This document shows, one piece after another, positions 1-57,637 of a stretch of DNA of 64,000 bases. The notes beneath the pieces are model-generated. The model ran no database searches and was not told where the DNA came from. It saw nothing but the letters and a program-made list of their open reading frames with translations. The first letter of the stretch is position 1. Each line of letters opens with the position of its first letter. Source of the stretch: Paraspadella gotoi (lineage: Eukaryota > Animalia > Chaetognatha); contig CM119267.1 in the NCBI GenBank assembly GCA_051294375.1, positions 12,115,692-12,179,691 on the forward strand. Reading direction: 5' to 3'. The translations under genes were made by a program, and so were the position numbers.

Positions 1-398
1 GGAGGCCTTAAACCACCAAAGCCTGTCCAAAGTCAGGGGCAAGATAGCTTATTTATTAAATAAATGGATAATTTTTATATTGTTGTACCAATTTCATAAA
101 AATTCAGCTCCTTGTATTTTGATGCTAGTGCGGAGTACAATAAGTATTCCCCGATCTAATACTTAAGGGAGTGGTCTTTTCATACAATTGAAACATTCTT
201 TGAAATATTTCCACTTGATTCATGATAGGGAAGCCAGGTTCTCTGGAGTGAATAAACAAGACTGTGAGAGAGTCTTGATTAAAAGCTTGCAGGGACCTGC
301 TATGTCATTATCTTGTAAGAGTGATGGAGGCCTTAAACCACCAAAGCCTGTCCAAAGTCAGGGGCAAGATAGCTTATTTATTAATAAATGGATAATTA
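1..398 (+). repeat. ~325-bp head-to-tail dispersed repeat (family D)
   Basis: GGAGGCCTTAAACCACCAAAGCC at positions 1 and 326. Confidence 0.9.
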
Positions 399-490
399 TC
401 AAGCCATGACCGGCGAAGCCGGTTCAGGCTTGATATTGATTCGGGTGAGCTTCTTTGTGACGTCGTCGTCGTCGTCGTCGTGCCGTCACG
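397..490 (+). mobile_element. End of a second Helentron-like family
   Basis: TATCAAGCC-ATGACCGGCGAAGCCGG-TTCA-GGCTTGATA nested hairpin followed by (GTC)n; a reverse copy abuts the gap at 21282-21300. The far end was not determined. Confidence 0.5.
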
Positions 491-1273
491 CTGTTTTTAA
501 ATAAAAACTACTACGCTTTTATAGGTTTGGCTGTCACTTACCGTTTTTTTTTAAATAAAATTATTATTAATTATTCTAAAGTTTTACAAAAGTGTGCGAT
601 CATAGTAAGTTAAAAAATTAGATATGGCTTTAACTTGAAATAGCTTTGATATTTTCTTATTACATTTGGATTTAAGTATTTTTTGTTTGAATTTCCACTT
701 TCATTATTGATTTACTGCAATATGCAAATGAGAATTATAGTACTGATTATAATATCCAAATTAGTATATATAGAAATGCTTTAAGCTAATTTACATATTG
801 CAGTATATAATTTTGAAGATGAAATTCAAAAATTTTTTTTAAATTTCTAATAAAAATGGGAACTCAAAGGATTTTTTTAATGAGAAGCTATTATCTTAAT
901 TTTAATACAAATAAAAATAAAATCTTTTACAAACTGCGATTGAAAAAATTGGAAAAGTTTCCAATTGTAAACCATTGTAACATTTTTTGCCTTTCTTTAT
1001 TTATTTTTTAATTATATAATATTTTTTTAGGCGCTGCCTTTTCTGAATCGTTTAAAAACGAGTTCAGTTTCTCTCTGTCTCTCTTTGTGTGCGATCTCTT
1101 GCGTGTTCGTTCGTTTTTTGAAAAATTCTGATTATTTTTTTCTTTCTTAAAAAACATATATATTTGATTCAGGCGCGGCCTTTTCTGAATCGTTTAAAAA
1201 AAAAACGAGTTCAGGCTCTCTCTTCTCTCTCTCCCTCCTCTCCCTCCGTCTCTCTCTCTCTCTCCTCCTCTCT

Positions 1274-1315
<42 letters not shown>

Positions 1316-3623
1316 TACAAAAAAAAATTTCACTTTTACCACCGTTTTTTGAAAAAATTCTGACAGTAACTGACGAAGGCGGGCCAGAATTTAACATTTT
1401 TTACAATATAAAAAATCCGCAATAAAAGTCTTTTGTCCTTTTTCAACGATAACTTCACAATCAGCCTTAAAAATTGTTAAATTGTTAAAAACTATTAAAA
1501 TTTGGACGAAAAAAATGAAGAAAAGTGACTGCGCGCTTGAGAGGCACTGTGATTATACTATTATGAAATTTGAACATTTTTTTAGGTCAACATAAACGTC
1601 AAGTAGTTTTCTAACTATTAAATGATATGAAAATAATATACAGTAAAAGAATTTCGTGTTTAATCAAGTCTTTTCTTATCGGTCCAGATTGAAGTACCTG
1701 TAATAAAAGAAAAGTAGTTCTCGCGAATGAACAGAACAGGGATTAACCGATTATAGTGAATTATTCCATTAATAAGAACTAAGATAACACAGAGTAGTTA
1801 AAAGATATTTAATATTTATACTTATAAAAACTTTTGCTTTGGTTCTCATTAATTTTTTTATTTTGAAATAAAAAAAATCTTTATGTTGCTGTTTTTGAAG
1901 CGTTGTCTCACTGAGGATTGTTTGGTGGCGGCGTCAGCTTGATGTTCCCGGCGCCTTCTGCGGCCACCCTCGGCAGTCGAACATCCTAGCCACCCGCCGA
2001 AGCCGTCCACCGCTGCCGACGAGAGTAAAATCCGGCGCCACTGACGCCATTCAGTTAAGCGGCGCCCAAGTCGCAAATCTCGGCGGCGTAGTCACAGAAA
2101 ATGTCCGGCTTAGAGATTTTTGTCCCCGCTTTTATTGAAAATGTTTTTTTTAGACGTTCTTTTTCTCCGTTTTTATATTTATTTCTGTTTTATCTAAATC
2201 CAATTCGTGTGATTTATTGTCCGCGATTCATCTCCCCACCCGGACCGCTAGACCGCGCGCTTTTTTCTTTCTTTCTCCTTAAAAAAAACTAAACTGCCTT
2301 TTTGTCCGCTTCTTTCCATTGGAAATTCCAAAACTGCTTTTCATTCACGGCGTGGTAAACCTGTTCGATTTGTCGTTTACCGTTCGCCCGCTCGCCCTCT
2401 CGCCCGCTCGCCCGTTCGCCCGCTCGCCCGCTCGCCCTCACTTGAACGATCCGCTGATATTGAAATGCTTTTCATTGAAACTCGGGATTCGAAGCATTTA
2501 TCAAATGCCATTCGCCGCGTTCCTATATCGGCCTTTGCCATTGACCGTTTATGCCATTTATCAAGCGGATTCCGGTACGTGTGTCGGGCGCTTTTTGCCA
2601 CGAGGCGAAACCGAGTCTTTTGTTGCTCAGCAGACGTGACGGTCACTGTCGGTCAGTGGCGTCTCCCTGCCTCCCGCCTCCCCTTTATCACTTATTGCTT
2701 TTTTTCACTTTCGTTCGCTTTTGTTTGACTTTGTTCCCAATTGTTTCCGGGAGCGTCATAATTGTTCACGTTTTTTTCATCTATTCTTTATTTTTCAATA
2801 TTTTTTAGTATAAAAAAATTGTCTCTGAATCTTTTCATCTTAACTTTTTTTGCTTTTACTTTCATGGACTTTTTGTCTCTTATCAATTATTCATTCATTG
2901 GTAGTATAATTGTTCCCCAAACTTGGTTTTTAATACCGTCATTCAACATTTTCTTTTTCTTTTCTTAGTCCAAATACTTGGTACGAAAACTTTAAATGAC
3001 TAGTGCTAGTGGTGCTACCATTTTAAAGTAAGTTGATTTTTTCGTATTAGTTTTTCCACCAGATTCAAGACTTGAATAAAGAGCTTTTAGAACTTCAAGA
3101 GCCACATCCTCTACTCCCACACCCGACCAACGTATCTCCACGTCAATCACTTTCACGCCACCTTTGGCGCAGCGCCACTTCCGGTTTTCACTCGACTCTG
3201 AGTGTCGACGCCTTCTCGTCTCGATGAAGCGAAAACGAAAATCAGCCGAGCGAAAATCTTTTTGCTTTTTTTAGTTTACGCGTGAAAAATCGAATTGTTG
3301 GTCGTTATTATGAAGTCACTATTCTTTTGATTACTTTAAATTTATTTTTTGTTTTGTATTCTTTATTGATATTGTACTTGTGTTTTGGCTCACGTGTAAT
3401 ATAGTAGATCAGACTCCATCAATCATAGGTACTTGACTACTTGTGCGATCGAGAACCAAGCGCCGTAATCCATACGTTTTTTTAAAAAAATGTTGTTTTT
3501 CAAATTAATCCACTAACTTCAATAACCGATGAGATGCAAGATCAATTGCAACAGAAATGAATACAGAACTAGTCGATTTATTTCTTTCTAATTAATTCAA
3601 TTGTTTGCGGGGGAAAAAAATTA

Positions 3624-3706
<83 letters not shown>

Positions 3707-4526
3707 CAATTGATAAGTTTCTTCTTTTCCAAGCTTCGTCTTTCTCTCTCTCCAACTCTCCAATAAAAATTCCTTCATTTCGTTCATTACCATTTTCTCT
3801 GTTTGCAATTTCTTGACAAAATGTCTTCGGTTTGCACCATTTAACATCGTCGGTTCTCCCCTAGAGGCTGAACTTAGGTAATATTTTGCCTGATTAACTG
3901 AGCAAAGTGTCACTCAAATTACTATTATCTTATTAAAGATGGAAAAATGTGAAAAAAGATATAAAAATGCATCAATGATTCAAATCACCCAAAAAAACTT
4001 TGAATGTTTATTTGAATTCTTTATTTGCTCTCATTAGATTTACTTGACTCATAACCAAGCTGATTATGTAAAAAGATTCGTTTAAGATACAGAATTTATA
4101 AAACTAATGGTCATGATATACAAACAAAAAAGTATAAGAAAATTCGGCCTCCAGCTATTTTTTATCATTAACAAAAGTTTTCACTCAGTTAAAGTGAGAA
4201 ATAATATTGTTACTAATCTCATTTATTAGCATATTAGACATCTTAATCTTAATCAAAAAACCATGTGCTGGACTCCAAACCCTGTCACCAAACTTGGTCA
4301 AAGCTGCAAATTTTTTTTTAATAAGATTAATTTTTTTTATTCCAAATATTTTAGGTCCAAAACTAATATAATATCAATGTTATGCAAAATTTTATGAAAT
4401 TGGTACAACCAATATAAAATATAAAATATATTTGAGAAAGATTTATAGTTTAAAAAATAATACCTTAAAATATTATATTTCATTAATTTGTTAATTAATT
4501 ATCAATTTGTTTGAATCTATTTAAAA

Positions 4527-5012
4527 TAGGGCCAATCTTTGTCAATGGGGTGGGTCAGAAGTTTGTTTTGGGAACTTTCCCAAATGAAACTTCATACATT
4601 TGAATTTTGTATTTTTAAAAGCAGATTGAGATAGCTTATAAAAAGTTGTCTAAACAAAGTATAATTCTTTTTTCAATATTTTGATGATAAGTGAGTCAAA
4701 TCATCATCATCATCATCGTCATCCAATGATTTTAGCAGTTTTTATTATTTTTTAGTAATAAAACAACAAAATTTTAAAAAGTTGTAATTACATTTTTTGC
4801 TTAACTTTTTAGCTTATCAGAATCAATTAAAACAACTTAAAATATCAAAAAAGATTTTTAACATTATATAGCAATATAATAATTTTATTTTTTTAATTAC
4901 TCATGGTTGGGAATATTTTTTCAAAAAAATATTTTAACACAATAATTAATACCAATAATGGGTTAGTTTAATGCAGTTCCCATTAGATTTGGAATTTGGT
5001 CGGCTACCGCTA
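4527..5012. mobile_element. Non-autonomous DNA transposon family B, copy 1
   Basis: Closely similar to 50266-50878; ends TAGGGCCAA..CTACCGCTA; imperfect 7-8 bp TSD (TTTAAAA/GTTAAAA). Confidence 0.75.
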
Positions 5013-5042
5013 GTTAAAATAATGTTTCTCTTATTTTTAACA

Positions 5043-5350
5043 AATTAGATTGTAAATTTGTAATTTATGTTTATGTTTTAAAGCTACTTTCGTCAATTAA
5101 AAATTGCCTACTTTTATTCAGTTAACTACTAGGTAAACCAAAAAATTGTCTATTACGTACTTAAGAAAATATCTTTACCTAAGTTCACCCCTTATAAATT
5201 AGATTGTAAATTTGTAATTTAAATTTATGTTTTAAAGCTACTTTCGTCAATTAAAAATTGCCTACTTTTATTCAGTTAACTACTAGGTAAACCAAAAAAT
5301 TTTCTATTACGTACTTAAGAAAATATCTTTACCTAAGTTCACCCCTTATA
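5043..5350. repeat. Tandem duplication, 2 x ~154 bp
   Basis: AATTAGATTGTAAATTTGTAATT..AAGTTCACCCCTTATA occurs twice. Confidence 0.9.
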
Positions 5351-6595
5351 AATCTCCCCCTCCCTTCCTTCCACTCTTTTTCTGCCATTCCTTTGTTATC
5401 CTTTCACTTACGCCTCTCTCTCTCTCTCGCTCTCTCGCCCGAATACAAATTGCGATTCTTTTCCATAGAATCAAACGCCGGCGACTCGGGGCGACGCCGG
5501 TGACGTGTGGCGAAGTCGGCTTTGTCGTCGAATTGGCGCCCGCGTCATTCGACGCCGACGAGGACGTCAAGGCCGGGCGGCGGCGTTGTCGACCGTAGAC
5601 GTTGTTTATTATTCTGGATGTTTAGCTTACAGGAGACGATGGGCCATTTCAGTCTCTTAGATCAGCCTTTCTGCTTTTTTCCGTTTTCTTTGTTTTTTTG
5701 TTGTTGATTGTTTGGACGCTTTTTTCTGTGCTATATTTCTGAGAAAATCTAATGTTTAGGTTATTCATATATTCGTTATCTTGTAAAGCTATAGGACGTC
5801 CGAAAAAATTAGTAATTAATTAGCAAATATCAGAAAAAAAAAGTAAAATAAATCCTAGTAATAATACTATATAAAAACTATGTATAATTCAGATTAAAAC
5901 AACTTGAAAACATTTTCTCTGATTTTAAAGTCGTCACCTTTCGTTGCATTACTTTTTTCTACTTTATTCTAGGAATGCGTTTTTATTTGCCGTTTTTTAT
6001 ACTTCTCAAAAAGGAGATATATATTTAGCTCGTACACGTTCAACTTCGTTGTTCACACACAACTTTGACGCGCGCACACCGAGCCTTTCAAACTCGAAAC
6101 TCGATTTTTTTACGGCGCCGATAAAAGCAGCGGTCCCCGACGGCGCTTCCCCTTTCCCCTCGGATGCTTCCCCTTCCCCGGTTCCCCGAGGTGACTACCC
6201 CTTTTCTTTTGGATGCTTCCCCTTATTCGGGTCCCCAACGGCGTTTCCCGCTTCCTCTTCAGCTGATTCCCCTTGACGCTACGCAACCTTGCTTCCCCAT
6301 TTTCTCGCATGCTTCCCCTTCCCCGTTTACTCGAGGGCACTTCCCCATTCCTCTTGAATGCTTCCCCTTACCAGGGTCCCCGACCTTTACTAAGTTCCCT
6401 CCCCTCCCGTTCTCCCCTCTGACTCTCCTCAGTGAGTCCTCATTCCCTCTTCCAACTCATCACTGCACTACCCGATTTTTCTTTCGCACACTGCAAACCA
6501 CAAAAAAGATGCCAAATGCGCCCGGCGTCAACAATTCGACCGGGGAATAAAAAAAAGGCATGAGAGTGACGCTTTCATCTTTGAAAGACAGAGAG

Positions 6596-6647
<52 letters not shown>

Positions 6648-6725
6648 GCAAACAAGAGTTTTTCACCATTTTCTTCTCTCTGACCCTTTTCGGTCATTAC
6701 TTTCCTAGATTTCCGTATGTCTTCC

Positions 6726-6799
<74 letters not shown>

Positions 6800-9559
6800 G
6801 CCTCATAAGACAGAAATGTTTTTCTTTTCTTTTTCTCCGATTTTCCTTCACTTATCTTTTTTCTTCTTCTTTTCGCTTCGTCGATTTCCCTCCATTTTGT
6901 TTCTGTTCTTCAATTCCAACTCTCCCTCAGTTTAGCGTTATTTCGTCCAACCTTAACCACGCCCTTTTTAAAGTTCGTACTGTCAAGCCCCTAAAATTTG
7001 AGTAGTAATATTCGAGTAAACTTCATTCTATCTTTGTCGTCTAAGTCGCACAGGGATAAAACTGCCTGCGGTCCGCCATCTTTTTGTCACCTTCTACTTC
7101 CCACCCCGATAACTTCTACATCACCATCCCCGGTCCAATGGGCTTTGTCGAAAATTTCTCGACCCAGAAATTTCTCACCCCGTGATTTACCGATTCGACG
7201 ACGACGACGACGACGACTAAGGTGACGACGACAGCGACTCGACAAGACGCAGGAAAATGGGGACGAAAGTAAAAGACAATGACGTCATTATTGAAAACAA
7301 CATCGAGAGATAAAAGCGGTGACGGAAACGAGAGTGAAAAATCATGACTTTGAAAACCAGGATATCATTTTTAATCTGCATCTGAGATTCGACCATGGGA
7401 ATCCCTTTTCACGTTTATACGATTATTAGTTTTAAAAATCTGAGTTTAAGATGTCACAAAACTGATGAAGCTTGAGAGAACCTGCGCCTTCCCCATCCCT
7501 CATCCTCGTCCAACCATCTCAGACCCAAAGCGAAAGATAGATGTAGTTGCGGCTTCGGTCACTGGAAATAAAACGACCCCATTTCACTTAGTAGGCCTTT
7601 GACCCGGTCGACCCGGAAAACCGGCGACCCTTTTGTTTTGAGTGAGCGAACGACGGCCGTTTGGAGCGTTGACCGCGTCGTCTCTGAATGACCGATCAAA
7701 ATAAAAGATTTCGATCAATGGCGAGTCGAATTTTCTTTATGAAATTGGTACAACCGTTATAAAGATTATCCATTCATTTAATAAATAATCTAACTTTCCC
7801 CTGAATTCCGTCTGACTTATATACGTATTCTTCCTATGGCGCCAACGGGGATCGGCTTTGCTACTTGACGTTCAACTCAGAATGTTACGCAATGAAAAGA
7901 ATGCATGACGTTATTGCTGACGACAAATGACATGGATTCCATTAGCAATGTTTTGTTTACAACTTTGCACATTTTGTAAAATCTTTTTCTATCTACTGCT
8001 ACATTTATCAGCTTATATTTTCCATTAACCCTTTTTAATAATATCATACTTTGATAAGATTACTAATAATAACTGGTAAACGCGCTATCATTTCCGACCC
8101 GATGCAAAAACAGTAATTAACTTTAGTTTTCGAGATTTCTCAATTAGTTCACTCCTTTTTCACGTTTCCGCTCACTCACGTTGAATCACATTTTTTTAGT
8201 TTTTATTTTGTGTTTTTTTTTTCTGGCGGACGTGGAGAAGCGAGGGAATTAGTTCAAAGCCGAGTCGAGCGGAAATCTTGGCAAAAGCTTCTTTTGTTTC
8301 ACGTTGTCTTTTGTTTTTCCGCCTCGGTCTCCCGTTAGGATTTTATCTTGTCCTATGTATCTAGCTGCCATATCAGTATCAAGCATTGGAGATTAATTTT
8401 AGTCCTTATACAATACACTACAATACAAACTATACTCTTCTTTGGTTTTAAAATCTATTTTTAAATCCACGCCTTTTAGTATTCGTCTGTTCAATTTAAA
8501 AAAAAAGTAAAAAGAGGAATGGAGGAGAGCAGTAGTGATACTTAGAGAAGGACTTTTGTAATTCTTGTCGGCGTCAAAAGAAAAAAGACTTTAAAAAAAA
8601 AAACGGTTTGAAAAATGGGGGACGTAAACATCCTGAAGCGTTTGCTTGTAAACTAGCTGAAGATTGAAAATCGGAAGACTCAAGTTTAACTTAAGTTATT
8701 TTAATTAATGTTTCAAATCGGGGCTGGAACAGTTCGAGAAAAGAGATTGAGAATTTCGGGTTTTTTCAGCACTGGCTTGGCAGGTATCGTAAATTATGAA
8801 AACGCAACATTGCTGGTTGGAATATATTCTATATACTAGTATATAAGCTATTATGGTGGACTAAAATCCACCAACCGTTCTTCAGCGGCCATTGGTGCAG
8901 GAGGCAAGTCATTCGCCTCCCTAAACAAAGATCCGGGGTTCTAGCCCGTTAAGAGCAGTTAAGAGGGACGGGGCGCTTAACCCGCCTGTAATACGGTGTT
9001 ACATCATGATCCGAAGCTAGGGACTGCTTAAAAGTGCTTATATTGAACGGTTCTGTCGCTCATAACAATTATTACTGTCTCTTCACTATATTTGATTTCA
9101 TTTTAATAATAAAATGATAATTATATTAATTTTATACTATTCACAATATTTAATTTCATGATGGGAGAACGCAAAAAAAAAAGAAAAGCTGAAAAGTCTA
9201 ATTTTAAAGAACAAGAGTCCGCGGGAAGGCTTGGCCTGGCGCTCCCTCGTTGGCGCGTTAACGGCAGAATCTTTCACTGGCGGAAAAAACGGAAGCCGAA
9301 CCGCCATCGTTCTTGGCGGCAGAACAAATAACCACTCAGAATTGGCTGACGTCGCCAACGGTCAACCTTTGAACCCCATTTTTTCTCTTTTCGCTTCCAA
9401 TTTTCGATCTCACTTTTCGATTTTCGATTCTCACGCTCTTTCGCTCGTTGTGATTCGAAGTAGGGGACGAGGGAAATAAAAGATGAAGGACAGAAAGAGG
9501 GAAACTCTGGCGTGACGTGACAAATTTGAAGCGCTCTTTCGTTGGGTGAAAAAATTTAA

Positions 9560-9782
9560 TGCCCAATGGGATGGGGCATCTCACTGTTAGCTTTGGGAGC
9601 TTCCGACCCTCAGGGTCTCCTCCTGTCACTGGCGTGGATACCCTAGAACGGTCTCGCTATGCCAAGGCGGAGGGAAGTCGTTAGGACTGTGGATGGAACG
9701 CATAGCCTGAGATGGGTGCGTTCCCCCTCTGAGCCAATGGATAAACGACGCTGGATGTCAGGCGGTGTGAATATACCGCCAC
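9560..9782 (-). mobile_element. Short LTR-like element family C, copy with degenerate PBS/leader
   Basis: 9626-9782 matches 29620-29788 and 31097-31249; on minus it runs TGTGGCGG..GCCAGTGACA followed by GGAGGAGACCCTGAGGGTC. Confidence 0.6.
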
Positions 9783-9921
9783 AATATGTCAGTTATTTTA
9801 GTAATAAATAGGCCCACTGCGAACAGTTCTAGCCAAGATATAGTATTAAATTTTATAATACGTTCCGAAACAGTTGCTTTGTTCAAAAAAGCAAATCTTT
9901 CCCGAATACTTCCGCCAACAG

Positions 9922-38938
<29,017 letters not shown>

Positions 38939-39528
38939 CGACGGGGTTTTAAAGCGTGCGAGGGGAATTATAACTTGGGGTCGAGGGGGGCGGAAAAGTG
39001 TCAACTGCAGCGAAGCTACCACGCCGAACTCAGCCGACAAAGACAGCGACTAGTTACTAGTTAGTCTCCCCAAAATATCGACAGGTGCCTAAATTTAGAG
39101 GACGTCATCTCCCTCAACCGAATCGACTGACGTCAGAGACGAGAGGGGAAAAAAAAGAGCATCGACAACAAAAAAAGAGGGAGGGAGAGAGAGAGAGATA
39201 GAAAAGGGGGAGGAAGAGGATGAGGAAGAGGTGGAGGAGGAGGGTGGGGAAGAGGACTTTTCGTTATGGGTCACGAGAAAAAAGATTAAAGCGAAAACCC
39301 ATTGGTCTTCGTTTTGGCAGTGATCCCATTTTTTTGCTCCAGTAATGATCATCTTTTCTGGTCCTTATCTGTCCCAACTCCTTCAATGATCTTCCAGTTC
39401 ATCATCTCAAATAAGTCCTCAGAACGCTAAACGTTTTTTTTTGGGGGGGTGGCGGATTAATTCTGGGACCATAAATCATCTCAGTAGAAAAAAAAATGAG
39501 TGAAACCAGATTCTCTCAGCCTTTGAAA

Positions 39529-39795
39529 AACAAGAACGGAAATTCAAATGTGCGTTGCGCTACAGCCCACAGTGACTTTTTTAGTATGTCTTTTATTCTT
39601 TATAGTTTTATAATTTCCTGAAGGAGGCGCTAGCAGTCACTTAGATTTGAGGTTTTTTCCTGTCTTAACAAGTGAGCAACCAATTATAGGCTAGTTATGA
39701 GCATTTTTAACGTAAGTTGGGCAGATCGAACGACAGACCGACCGAGAAGTGTCTCATAGAGTTGCTCCGCGAGTACTCGTGGCTCAACTGAAAAG
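39529..39795 (-). mobile_element. Helentron/DINE-like repeat copy, inverted
   Basis: Both ends are reverse complements of the ends of 15504-15810. Confidence 0.65.
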
Positions 39796-40430
39796 TCTAG
39801 TTTTATATTGTGTGACTTGGGACTCCGCCAATTTTAAGGTTCCTCTGCGCTCTCCACGTACTCCATTCTCCAGCGCCCCGAAACGAAAATAAAAAATATT
39901 TAAAACAGTCTAACTTTGTCTTTGGAGATAAGCGACATCTTATTGGGCGACGCGTTATCAGCGCAAAGGCTCGGCCACGCCTCCAATTTTTCACCGGAAA
40001 AAGACGTCTTTCTCGGGAACAACTCAAACTTATTTAAATATCTTCCGTCGAATGTAATTATAGATCCAAAACGTATCGTTTATAATTCGTGGTCTGTGAT
40101 ATTTTTTTAAAGTGTGCCATGCTTCCATGTCATTGTAACTGTGTCTTTGTCCCTCAGAGTCCCTTCCCCATTTTCTCCCTTCGCTTTCATTGCGCTCCAT
40201 GAATTTTTCTTTGAAGTTTGATGTATTCTTGTATTTGCTTTTGTTTTAAATTCGAGCTTTTAAAATTCTCGAACTCATGCTTTCTCTTTTTAGTTTTTAC
40301 TATAAAAAAAATATAAAAAAAACTAAAAATAAAAATTCAATATTTGTGTCTGTTTCAATCTTTTATTAAATTTTTTTTGCATACGGTTTTTCCTTGTTTA
40401 CTCGGATTTTAGCAGGGAAATAAAAACAGA

Positions 40431-40490
<60 letters not shown>

Positions 40491-41374
40491 AAAGGGAAAA
40501 AGAGTGTTCTAGTTATTTATTTATTTTCTATTCCTTCAAAACGAGAAGATATCCGGCCGACTCTCTTCTCCAGATTGAGTAAAGGCCTCGACGATTTATT
40601 TTGAAGGTTTCCGCGTCTTCGCACAAGAAAACGAGGGATTTAAATAAAAATATAAATTATAAAAGATGGAGTTGGACCTGTTGGTTTTAGGGGTGGTTAA
40701 AAGAAAAAGGGAGGAGGAGGAAAAAAAGATTCGAAGGAAAGGAGGTAGCGACGATAAAACCGAGGAAACATTCTGAGAATAGAAAAGAAAGAAAGAAAGA
40801 AAGAAAGAAAGACAGTCGAGGCGAAAGAAGGTCATACGTAAAGTCAGAAAGAAAGATCGAGTGAAAGAAAGAAAGCTTCCCGTTTTCACCGAAAACGGTC
40901 ATTCCGGTTCTTAGGGGTTGGACGAATGGCGAACGGCTGGTGGCGAAACTGGCGTCAGTCGAATGGCAAATAGCGAGTGACGGATGGCTAATGGCCTTCT
41001 TCTACTCTCCCGATGCTTTTCTCACGCTAACTTTCTCTCGTCGAGGATCAAAAGAGAAGAAGAGAAAAGTCCAGTTTCCTCTCTTCTTTTTTTCCTTCCC
41101 TGAGTCGCCAGGGACTTTTGCTTTGGCTTTCGAAAGAATGTGAGGGAAACAACGACGCGGAATACATGATTCGCAGGCTACCTGTTCTTATCTTCTTTTG
41201 TAGAGATAGAAAGGTAGAGAGTTTGAGAGTAAGAGAGAGAGAGAGAGAGAGAGAATTGAATTTGAATTTGAAAAACAAAGTGCGAGCTTTAGGCTTGTAC
41301 TTTAAACAGCCCTAAAAAGCTACCTTATCTTATGATTTGTAAGTATTAATAGTTTTTTTAGTTTTCATGGTACT

Positions 41375-41461
<87 letters not shown>

Positions 41462-43678
41462 GAAAGAGAGTGAGAGAGAGAGAGAGCGGTCTTTGGTCAG
41501 CGTTCGCTAAATGTCCTTCACCTTAACCCATTCGTCTTTCAGTCAATCTTTGAGGGCAACAGTTTTCAAGATCTCCTGAGCCCCCCTCGTAGGCTCGTCC
41601 CTCTGCCTCACTTGCTGGCGCTGTCTTTAAGGAGTACAACGTTTGGCTGTCCGTTTCTCATAAAATTTTCTGTTTATAATATATCTCGCTATCTTTCCGT
41701 TTCTCATCTCTTTTCTCTTCCTCTTCCTCCCTCCTCCCTCCTTTCAACTTCCATCTCATTTGTCTTTTTTGATCATGAGAAGAAATTTCCCGGCAAACGA
41801 GGGTCAAGTCATGGAAAACTCTCATTTTCGAGGGCAAAAGTGTCGCCGTCGGTTTGTGGAGCGTCGGCGGCGTCCTTTTTCTAATCGTCGTCCTCGACGG
41901 CAAATGAGTTTTTTTTTTGGCTAGTTCTTTTTTGCCGATTGTACTACAATGTAAAGTTGTAACAGTACAAGAAACGCAGATTCGCAGAAGACGTTCTTGT
42001 TTCCTTTTTATGATTTTCTTTCCTGAGGTTTAGTTTGGCTGAATTTACAGTAGAATATATAACAGTAAATTAGAACAGATTAACCGATAAATCGAGTTTT
42101 TCATTCTCCTCTGAACATAAAAAAAGACCATTGCACTAAGATGGACTTAGTTCCACCGCCTTCCTAAATCTCGCTCCCTTCTTCCTACCCCTCTTTCTCA
42201 TTCCTCTCCTTTTCCACATCCAACAGTCAAACGGCTCAATTCAACTCCCGTGCCAAATTGGAAGAGAGTCAGGAAAACGGGTTAGAATCTCGACGAGTTG
42301 AAAAATTCATCGGGATTCGGTGTTGCGCTCGGCAGGGATTCAATTAACCGCCCGGAGGGAGTCCGGCCGTTTTCAGTTTTGGTCCTTCGGTCGCTTGGCA
42401 ACGAGGATGAATTGTTTGGACACGCGTGAGGTTTTTGTGGAAAGGATGTTGCGGCGTTAGCGGTCGAGACGCTACGTCATAACAAATCGGGAAGATTGGC
42501 AATAAATTTTCGAATCGGCGCCAAAAAACTGTGCAAAGTGTAGCGCGTATATAATAGTATGATTCGTGTTTAAACCTTAGACTTTTCTACATATTTTGGG
42601 TTAAATTTATTCTTGTTTTCTTTATTTCAGTGCACGCTGTACTTTTTCCCCCGACTCTCCTTTCCTCCGGCAACGCCAAGCCACAAATTCTGTACACCAC
42701 GCCACGTCAACTCTTCAATTTTCCCCGGGGCGTTCAATTTCGTTGGTTCCTCGTCATCTTGGCGCCGTTGAGTCTCGTCGTCGTTGTCGTCGTCGTTGTC
42801 GACGTCGTGCATAATCTTTCCATGACGTGGCCGACGACATCTAGACGGTTCAAGCAAAAATATTCGTCGTCTTCTGGTCTAACGTCGTTGTCATCGTCGT
42901 TGTGTTCACTTTGAAAAAGACCTTGGATCTTCGCCGCCCGATGAGCCGAGCTAATTCCGCGAATCTCCACGGCAGAATCCTTGATGGTTATTTGCGACAC
43001 GTTTGATGGTCGTTGGCCATTGTTCACCTGGCTCCAATCGATTACGCGGATGCAATTCATCAGAAGAATTTGAAAGAAATCCTAAATATCAATGAGAAGA
43101 GAAAATTAGTTTATTTTGGCAATTACATCGTGCTAAAAATAAATTCGTAAATCAAAAAGAGATTCAGATTTCGGTTTTTTAAAAAATTGTTTTCTCTTTC
43201 CTTTTTTATTTCCCTCGTCATGCGAAGCCGCGTTTTTCGCAAACCTCCTTGGTTCAATTCATCCAGATTTTATTTGTCATTCTCGTCCTCGTCGTCGTTT
43301 CGGTGGTTTGTTGTGTCAGAATTTTTTAAGTGAACGAAGCCGACATATGTCGATGATATTTTCAGTTTTCGGAGTTTGGTGCCGACTTTCAAAAAAAAAA
43401 AAATTAATAGAGTGGAAATTAATTTATCGACTCATTAACTTTTGATTAAATTTTCTCATTTCAGAAAATTCCGCCTGATTACGCCACATTCTATCGCCGT
43501 CGGCGCAAAAAAAAAAAAAAAAAAGAGTAAAGAATCCGATAAATAATATAATAATTACGACAAAAATCTATTTGCATTTGGGTGGAAACAACAACGACTT
43601 TTCATTTAATCTGTAAAAAAAATCTGAATACAAAACAATTCTTTCCCCTCCTGTTGGCGACCTCGAGCGGCCGTTGCC

Positions 43679-57637
<13,959 letters not shown>

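Noticed and set aside
188-409. ORFs within the ~325-bp repeat (also 10973 and 31384)
   Set aside because: The frame is not preserved between copies and no domain is recognisable.
1366-1395. CTGACGA-A-GGC-GG-GCC-AGAA as a fourth hammerhead
   Set aside because: No GAAA box, stem III or stem I; at most a decayed remnant.
5479-5600. Missing upstream GALNT exon
   Set aside because: An acceptor-like site and GC-rich frame are present, but no frame resembles the GalNAc-T stem (GFN..SDxI..R.LPD.R).
7462-7490. CTGATGA (also CTGACGA at ~45810 and ~58069) as hammerhead cores
   Set aside because: No stem II followed by GAAA and a cleavage triplet.
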